A DNA stretch of 64,000 nt from Armatimonadota bacterium (lineage in GTDB: Bacteria > Armatimonadota > SYMT01), in contig JAWLHY010000001.1 in NCBI GenBank assembly GCA_041690135.1, forward strand, positions 1,024,001-1,088,000, given 5' to 3'. The notes below the pieces were generated by a model. The model was not told where the DNA came from and did not search any database. It worked only from the letters and a program-made list of their open reading frames with translations. Position 1 is the stretch's first letter. Each line of letters opens with the position of its first letter. The translations under genes and the position numbers were made by a program. Positions 58,277-64,000 of the stretch are shown in pieces.

Positions 58277-58921
58277 TCAACCGGCCTCGGGCGTAGCGCA
58301 CCGCTGGTTCCGCCAGTCCTCCCGCGTGATCTCAAAGGCACGGGACTCGGTCCCCTCCGGGGCTCCCGGGAACCCGGCCTCGAACCCGTGGAACCGGAAG
58401 CCGACCTTTTCCAGGACCCGCGCCGAGGCGTGGTTCTCCAGGTGGCAGCCGGATACGATCCTTTCCAGGCCCAGAACCTCGAAGCCGAAGCGCAGCATCT
58501 CCCGGGCCGCCTCTGTGGCGTATCCCTTTCCCCAGCAGTCCCGCCGCAACTCGAACCCCAGGTAGCCCAGCGGGTAGTCCGGCAGGCCGGAGGAGAGATC
58601 GATCTCGCCAATGATCATGCGCCGCTCCGCCGGTACGATTCCGAGATTATAGTACTGGCGCGGCTGCCGCTCCTGCTGCAGGCAGTAGTGGTCCACGAGG
58701 TCGCGGACTTCCGCGGGACTGTAGGGTTCGGTCCGCGCCGTGTATCGCAGCACCTCCGGATCGCTCCGGTACACAAAAATCGCCCGCCAGTCCTCCGGCA
58801 CCAGGTCCCGCAGGACCAGCCGCTCCGTTTCCAAAACGATCGGCGCCGGAGCCACCGGTACTTCCGGCGCTGCGATCCACTTGCCGAGGAAGGTACCGAG
58901 TTTTGAGAACCAGGTAAACAT
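58277..58921 (-). CDS. GNAT N-acetyltransferase (RimJ/RimL family)
   Basis: LETERLVLR, WGKGYATEAA, NHASARVLEKVGF. Confidence 0.9.
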   Translation of the reverse strand: MFTWFSKLGTFLGKWIAAPEVPVAPAPIVLETERLVLRDLVPEDWRAIFVYRSDPEVLRYTARTEPYSPAEVRDLVDHYCLQQERQPRQYYNLGIVPAERRMIIGEIDLSSGLPDYPLGYLGFELRRDCWGKGYATEAAREMLRFGFEVLGLERIVSGCHLENHASARVLEKVGFRFHGFEAGFPGAPEGTESRAFEITREDWRNQRCATPEAG

Positions 58922-59162
58922 GGGTGTGGGAGTGTGGGAGTGTGGAACGCGGCTGGTTTCCTCCCCCATTCGTTTCATTTGCCCCATTCGCGGATCATCA
59001 CCTGCCCGACCGCCTGAAAGCCTGAAAGTTTACCCCCACAGGGGGGCCTGAACACCTGAATGGGTCTTCCCATCTCTCGCGGGATTTGCTATACTCCGCT
59101 CGTTGGCTTCCCCGCCGGAGTCCCCACCCGGCATTTGCGACGGCCGACCCATAACCGAAGAA

Positions 59163-59236
59163 CGGGGCGTGGCGCAGCTTGGTAGCGCACCAGTATGGGG
59201 TACTGGGGGTCGCAGGTTCGAATCCTGTCGCCCCGA
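59163..59236 (+). tRNA. tRNA-Pro(GGG), CCA not encoded
   Basis: Acceptor cggggcg/cgccccg, D arm gcgc/gcgc, anticodon stem ccagt/actgg with loop atggggt, T loop gttcgaatc; TGcTATACT upstream near 59087. Confidence 0.96.
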
Positions 59237-59279
59237 CTTGAGGCCGAGGGAGAAATCCCTCGGCCTTGTTGGTTTCTGC
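59193..59279 (+). repeat. attL-like 87-bp direct repeat (tRNA 3' half + terminator hairpin)
   Basis: Repeated at 62765-62851 with one mismatch; contains aggccgaggga-gaaa-tccctcggcct. Confidence 0.92.
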
Positions 59280-59294
59280 TCTGGGTCGGCTGGC

Positions 59295-59691
59295 ATGAGG
59301 TCGCGGTTGATCGTCACCTCTTCCTCTACGGCAGCTGCGGCGGCCGGGGCCGTCCCCATCCCGTTCTCCGACGTGGGGGTGCTGATCCTGATCCAGGTAG
59401 GAATGCTCGCCGGCATCAGCCAGGTGTTCGGGCTTCCCCTTTCCCAGAGCCTTCTCGCCACCCTGGTGAGCAGTACGCAGGGTTGGACCTCCACCACGGT
59501 AGCCGGCCGGCCTCTTGTCGCGCAACTCCTCAAGTTCGTGCCGGGGGATAGCAGCCTGGTGGGAGGCCTCATCGCCGGAACGACCGCTGCCGGCCTTGAC
59601 CGCCGCACTGGGCGAGGCGTACATCGCAACCCTCGTTCGAGCGGTCGAGTGCGACGCGTTCGCTAGGGTGTCCCCGCCGATCCAGCCGTAG
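59295..59691 (+). pseudogene. C-terminal fragment of DUF697/YcjF-like (GTPase-associated) membrane protein, frameshifted
   Basis: AAGAVPIPFSD..IQVGML.GIS..FG..LLKFVPG..VGGLI, continues in +1 frame at 59596 as LTAALGEAYIATL. Confidence 0.75.
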
Positions 59692-59797
59692 CCCAGCACT
59701 TTGGCAATCGGCATTCAGCTCTGCCCGTCGTTCCTCGGATGCTGAGAGTACCTGGCATCCGGGAACGTCGGGCAGGGCTTCTACTGCAGGACTTCTA

Positions 59798-61435
59798 CTA
59801 AGGATAAGGGTTTCTGCAGAACCCACAGCAACTCACGCCATTGATTTGAGTGGCCCACGTGGCCACCGATCCCTGACAGTGGTAGCAGATGGCAACGCTG
59901 GAAGCTGCTGCTGAACTGGCGGCGGATGATACCCTGGGGCGAGGAGAGCGGGAAGGTGGCTTATGGCCCGTGCTTTTTGCCGCTTCTCCAAGACCGGCCG
60001 GCGGAGTAAACTTCGGATCCAGTTGTTTGCGTTCGAAGAAAACCTTGCCCTGAGCTTTCTCGATAGCCTTGAGGAGGGCGCCATCGAAGCCTACGAGTTC
60101 GCACACCACCGGTGAATTGGCCATCAGCAGCCCGAACCGCTCAAAGTGACCGGTGGCCTGTGCGTGCCGTATCGTCTCCAGGGCCGGACGGATCGCCTCC
60201 CTTTCCTTCCGGGCTTGCTCCTGTCCCTGAAGCATCGCTTCCTCAAGTAAGACGGTGTAGAAGTCGGGCCAGAACCACCAGCGGAAAGTCGATTTCCGCC
60301 GTTCCACCTGCTGCTTCAGATCCTCTACGCTTCTACACATCCGGCGGTAGGGTGCGCGGATGTAATCCTGTACATCCTCAAGCCTGTGTTCGAAGCTCTT
60401 GCCGAAGGTGTGCAGCGCCGTCTCCAGACCAGCAACCGCCTGGCGTAGTGGCTTCTGCTTCCACTCTTCGGCAATTGCCCCTCCTACCATCGCACCGGCA
60501 ATCCCGCCGCCAACCGCGCCGACGAGTGCTCCTACCGGACCAAACACGCCGCCAATGAGACCGCCAATCTTACCACCAGCCACTACCCCGGTCCCACGGC
60601 CCACGGACTCCATAACGGTATGAACCGCCGCACGCTTCGGGTCCTTGCCGGCACGTACAGCCTGAACGTTGCGATACGTGGCGAAACCGATGGTGATCCA
60701 GGGGATGTGGTGCGTGAGTGAATGGAGAGCGGACTCTCCCTTGGCACTGAGCACCCCCTGCTTCAGCGCTTCCTTCGCGCCGCTGTGGCTGAACCCGGCG
60801 ACCCGTGCGATATTTCCCCCCACAGTGCCGTGAGCATCCTCTGGAACCAGGTAAGTGACGTCCGGGTGGATCAGAGCCTGGGCCTTGACCGCAGCCAATT
60901 GACTCACCGTCTTCACGTTCGCCATCTGGCCGTCCACCAGCAGATCCCAGATGGGTTGCGCAGCTGACCCGGCCACCTCGACGGTGTGTCCCTGGGATGT
61001 CAGAATATCCGCAACCTGTTGCTCGCCGACATAGCCGAGAAGCCGGTTGAGAAAGCCCTCCTTCGCCACTGCCGGTAGGCTGTCGTAGTAGTGGTGGATG
61101 TAGTGAGCGAAGTCGAGGCCGTTGGCGATGTGTTGGCCCGACGCAAAAGCTGCGGCTTTGATCACGGACGGATCCACGGTGGCCCAGCTCCAGAGGAATT
61201 CGGCGGCCGTTACCGTGCCATAGGTTGCCAGCTCTGCCTGGGTGACCCTGTCCTTCGTAAGAGCCTCCATCTGGTGGAGTATGCCCTGGGCTTCTCCTGC
61301 GTCAGGCTTGATCCGCTGGCGGGCGATGGCCCGAAAACTGGAAACACGAAACTCCTTCACCGCAGCGTGCAGTAGGAAAACACCCACTCCCGAACCACAG
61401 GTCCAGAGGAGGGGCGATTGGAGCAGTTGGTCCAC
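59798..61435 (-). CDS. Hypothetical membrane protein with nuclease-like motif, glycine zipper and Cys-rich tail
   Basis: GGAGA RBS before GTG 61435 (ORF open to 61471); N-terminal TM; GYVGEQ..QPIWDLLVDG..NVK; GxxxG run; CYHC..CCGFC. Confidence 0.8.
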   Translation of the reverse strand: MDQLLQSPLLWTCGSGVGVFLLHAAVKEFRVSSFRAIARQRIKPDAGEAQGILHQMEALTKDRVTQAELATYGTVTAAEFLWSWATVDPSVIKAAAFASGQHIANGLDFAHYIHHYYDSLPAVAKEGFLNRLLGYVGEQQVADILTSQGHTVEVAGSAAQPIWDLLVDGQMANVKTVSQLAAVKAQALIHPDVTYLVPEDAHGTVGGNIARVAGFSHSGAKEALKQGVLSAKGESALHSLTHHIPWITIGFATYRNVQAVRAGKDPKRAAVHTVMESVGRGTGVVAGGKIGGLIGGVFGPVGALVGAVGGGIAGAMVGGAIAEEWKQKPLRQAVAGLETALHTFGKSFEHRLEDVQDYIRAPYRRMCRSVEDLKQQVERRKSTFRWWFWPDFYTVLLEEAMLQGQEQARKEREAIRPALETIRHAQATGHFERFGLLMANSPVVCELVGFDGALLKAIEKAQGKVFFERKQLDPKFTPPAGLGEAAKSTGHKPPSRSPRPRVSSAASSAAASSVAICYHCQGSVATWATQINGVSCCGFCRNPYP

Positions 61436-61656
61436 GTGGTTGTCTCCGGAATTCGCTTCTCCCTTCACCAAACGATGAAGGTGTATTCTCGGTTTTGTGC
61501 GCAGGCCTGGTGCAGGAGCGTGGGACCCTACCAGGTTTCCCTCTCCCCCAAGCGGTGTTGTGGCTGACTTACGAAGTATGCAAGGGATGTAGGGGGCGAA
61601 GAACCGCGTCTTCTGCCTGGGGTGTTGCGGGTTATTCGCGGGTTTTACGTGCGTGT

Positions 61657-62376
61657 CTAATCACCTTTTGTCCCCCGCTCCACCAGTCGGAGTTGGTTCG
61701 TACCGCCAGAGCTGCCCTTCTGCCTCCGGTCTCGCAATCGGATCAGGCCGAACAGCGCCAGAACAGGAGCGAAGAGAAGTGCTGCGTGTGGTTCCGGAAC
61801 CGCCGGTGCTTCACTACGGACGAGGGTGACGTCGTCGAGCAAGAGGCCGTTGTTGTCCGCGCCGATGTGATCAAACACGAGCTTCGCCGTGCCGGCCGCC
61901 GCCACGTGGATGTTTCGCGTGAACAGGGCGAAGGGGTCCGTGTCGTTTCGAGTGAAGCTCTCCGAGAAGTGGGATCCAAGGGATATGGTGACGGAATTCG
62001 GGCCGCCAGTCTCGCGCTGGGACCCGGCGAGCCGGAAGGAAAACTGGTAGGTACCGGGGTTCAAGGAGAGGTCGGCGGACTCGAAGCGACCCGCTGAGCC
62101 AGCGTCTGTGCCGTCCAAGTCGATGTAGTTTCCATTGCCGGGCAGTGGATCGTACCAGCCGGGTCCAATCACATCGATGCTCCCCCGGGTCACCGTGAAG
62201 CCGCCAAAAGTAGTCCCTACTGCGAGGTAGTAAAACCCTCGGGTCCCCAGTGGCTCGGCATCAAAGTTCTGGCTGATGAGGGTCTGTGCGGAGGCGGGCG
62301 TCGCTCCGCCAGCGGCCAGCAGGCCGAGCGCGGTCAACGTGGCCCGGACAAAGACTGCTTTCGGGAATGAGTTCAT
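61657..62376 (-). CDS. PEP-CTERM sorting domain protein
   Basis: Signal peptide ending ASA; GSID, IDLDG, LLDDV beta-rich domain; VPEP + TM + RLRDRRQK. Confidence 0.88.
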   Translation of the reverse strand: MNSFPKAVFVRATLTALGLLAAGGATPASAQTLISQNFDAEPLGTRGFYYLAVGTTFGGFTVTRGSIDVIGPGWYDPLPGNGNYIDLDGTDAGSAGRFESADLSLNPGTYQFSFRLAGSQRETGGPNSVTISLGSHFSESFTRNDTDPFALFTRNIHVAAAGTAKLVFDHIGADNNGLLLDDVTLVRSEAPAVPEPHAALLFAPVLALFGLIRLRDRRQKGSSGGTNQLRLVERGTKGD

Positions 62377-62688
62377 TTCGCGGGTTCCGTAGGTGCTAAT
62401 GCCGTCAGTGCGAGCTCGGCAGCGCGGTGCCACGGTCCCTTTCGCTCCTGTCATCTTTGGACCGGTTCCCCATCCCCGCCCCCTGTTGCGAAGGGACCAG
62501 AGGGTCATTGCACGCCTTACAATCTGGTTCCCCACTGGTGGAAGGTTTCCCTCCACAAAATGCATACGCCCGGTCGTTGCACTGCAATCAGGTGGCGGCA
62601 ATCCGCGCCGAGAACCGCTATACTACCAGTGACCGACCGCTGTCTCGGCGGCGGGTGGTCAACGGTATAGCTCTTGAGAGACGTTTTC

Positions 62689-62808
62689 CGTGGCGCAGCT
62701 TGGTAGGGCAGCCCTGCGCGACAGCGCAGGGTCAGGGCCGGAGACGAAGGATCCGGCCCGTGCTGTATGGGTTACTGGGGGTCGCAGGTTCGAATCCTGT
62801 CGCCCCGA
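62689..62808 (+). pseudogene. Interrupted tRNA-Pro copy (D-arm fragment + ~54-nt insert + 3' half)
   Basis: 62689-62710 matches 59168-59189 (21/22); 62765-62808 matches tRNA 3' half; 5' acceptor strand absent. Confidence 0.8.
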
Positions 62809-62851
62809 CTTGAGGCCGAGGGAGAAATCCCTCGGCCTTGTTGGTTTCTGC
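62765..62851 (+). repeat. attR-like 87-bp direct repeat
   Basis: Identical to 59193-59279 except G59200 vs T62772. Confidence 0.92.
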
Positions 62852-62915
62852 CGTCCATACCTGCAGGCGGAAGATCAGAGCAGCGGCCGCGCCTTTCGAC
62901 CCCCTCTCGCCGGAA

Positions 62916-64000
62916 CTAGGGATCGCCGCGAAAACGGTCGAGGAGGGCCGCCAGCGCTGGCTCGAGATGCTCCCCCGGGTGGATCCATTTCTCGATCTGC
63001 ACCGTCGTGCCTTCCGGTCCGGTGGCTAGCCAGATCTGGTCGGCCAGATCGAGCATGAGCGTGTAGCCCATTCCGAGCGACACCTGTGTGGAGTAGCCCG
63101 GTTGGAAGAGCGCTCCGGGAAGGTCCCGCGGCCGAATGCCGGTGCCATGGTCGGTAACCCGTACGATCATCCGGTTCGGCGCGGTGAAGAACTCGCACGT
63201 TCCGCCTCCCGCGTGCTTGATCGCATTAGTGATCGCTTCCCCCATTGCCAGCACCAGGCCGTGCGCATCATCCGCTGTCATTCCCGCCTTCAGGGCTACT
63301 TCGCAAAGGCGGGAACGCAGGCGCGCATAGTTGTGGGGCTCTTCCAGCGAAAGGGACACGACGGGCTCCCCCTGCCGGGGAATCTCCTCCGGTTCCACCA
63401 GGTGGAGTTTGCCGCAACTGACCGCACTGATGACTTGCCGGTAGAAGAGCTTCTTTTCGACCTCCGCCTGCAGCAACTGGTCCTGTGCCGCCTCCAATGC
63501 CGCCTCCGCACGCCTGCGTCCCGCGCGGAGGCGGAGGGCCTGGACGCCGTAGGCCAGGTCGCCAGCAACCTGCTCCAGCAAGTTGACCTCCTCCGCGTCG
63601 AAGGCATTTGTTTCCCCCGCGTAGATCGCCAGTATTCCGAAGGTGGTTCCGTTCGCGCGCAGCGGCAGTACCAGTATGGAGGCGTAACCCCGCTGGAGCG
63701 CCGGGTCCCGCCAGGGGGCGAAGCTACGGTCGGTCCGGACGTCTCGCACCACGTAGGGTTTACCGGTGCGGATCACGGTGCCGCCCGGCCCGCGACCCCG
63801 TTCCGTGTCCCCCCAGGTAAGCGTGATTTCCGACAGATAGCCTTCCTCGGTGCCGGCCTGGGCCATGGGGCGGACGGTCTTCTCCTCATCATGCTCCGCA
63901 TAGCCGATCCATGCGAAGCGATAGCCCCCCACTTCGACCGCAATGCGGCTGACCTCCCGCAGCAGTGTCCCTTCCTCGCCCACCGTGGCCAGCACCCGGT
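62916..64000 (-). CDS. GAF domain + RsbW-like HATPase protein, 5'-truncated by window
   Basis: AWIGY..GRGPGG..FAPWR GAF; EAITNAIKH, DHGTG, SLGMGY. Confidence 0.88.
   Translation of the reverse strand, partial: RVLATVGEEGTLLREVSRIAVEVGGYRFAWIGYAEHDEEKTVRPMAQAGTEEGYLSEITLTWGDTERGRGPGGTVIRTGKPYVVRDVRTDRSFAPWRDPALQRGYASILVLPLRANGTTFGILAIYAGETNAFDAEEVNLLEQVAGDLAYGVQALRLRAGRRRAEAALEAAQDQLLQAEVEKKLFYRQVISAVSCGKLHLVEPEEIPRQGEPVVSLSLEEPHNYARLRSRLCEVALKAGMTADDAHGLVLAMGEAITNAIKHAGGGTCEFFTAPNRMIVRVTDHGTGIRPRDLPGALFQPGYSTQVSLGMGYTLMLDLADQIWLATGPEGTTVQIEKWIHPGEHLEPALAALLDRFRGDP

Larger units (their letters stand above)
59193..62851. mobile_element. tRNA-Pro-integrated genomic islet, no integrase visible
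   Basis: Flanking direct repeats offset 3572 bp; cargo of pseudogene, hypothetical membrane protein and PEP-CTERM gene; visibly less GC-rich. Confidence 0.75.

Noticed and set aside
58998-59714. ORFs spanning the tRNA (58998-59714, 59030-59629, 5' part of 59103-59666)
   Set aside because: They translate tRNA sequence; only the DUF697-like part looks protein-derived
62377-62600. Riboswitch upstream of the PEP-CTERM gene
   Set aside because: No recognisable c-di-GMP or other aptamer consensus by eye
62711-62764. Hammerhead ribozyme in the insert
   Set aside because: No CUGANGA or GAAA core in the required positions on either strand
62689-62808. Functional second tRNA or group I intron-containing tRNA
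   Set aside because: The 5' acceptor strand is missing, the anticodon stem is disrupted and the insert is far too short for a self-splicing intron

Overview
High-GC bacterial chromosome window. The gene content (prepilin/DUF1559-type genes with [27 protein letters not shown]1501/1552/1592, sulfatases, GAF-HATPase) suggests an Armatimonadota-like or other Planctomycete-module-rich organism; this is inference. About 45 coding regions are present: two ABC export clusters, pfkA, msrB, moeB, mrp, mutS2, mtlD, transaldolase, glycerate kinase, three signalling proteins (two truncated by window ends) and sulfatase/hydrolase modules, plus a tRNA-Pro(GGG) and several REP-like and short tandem repeat families. 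Main points of interest: (1) a 1421-aa fusion of a Tubulin_2/FtsZ-like GTPase domain, a long helical region, a Zn ribbon and a STAND-type ATPase, overlapping an upstream 3-TM membrane gene; (2) an integrase-less islet between 87-bp direct repeats (offset 3572 bp) starting in the tRNA-Pro anticodon arm, whose right end is a second tRNA-Pro copy split by a ~54-nt double-hairpin insert; (3) an islet membrane protein with a nuclease-like motif, glycine zippers and a Cys-rich tail. All calls come from motif reading by eye; no database searches were run, and many start codons were chosen by inspection.
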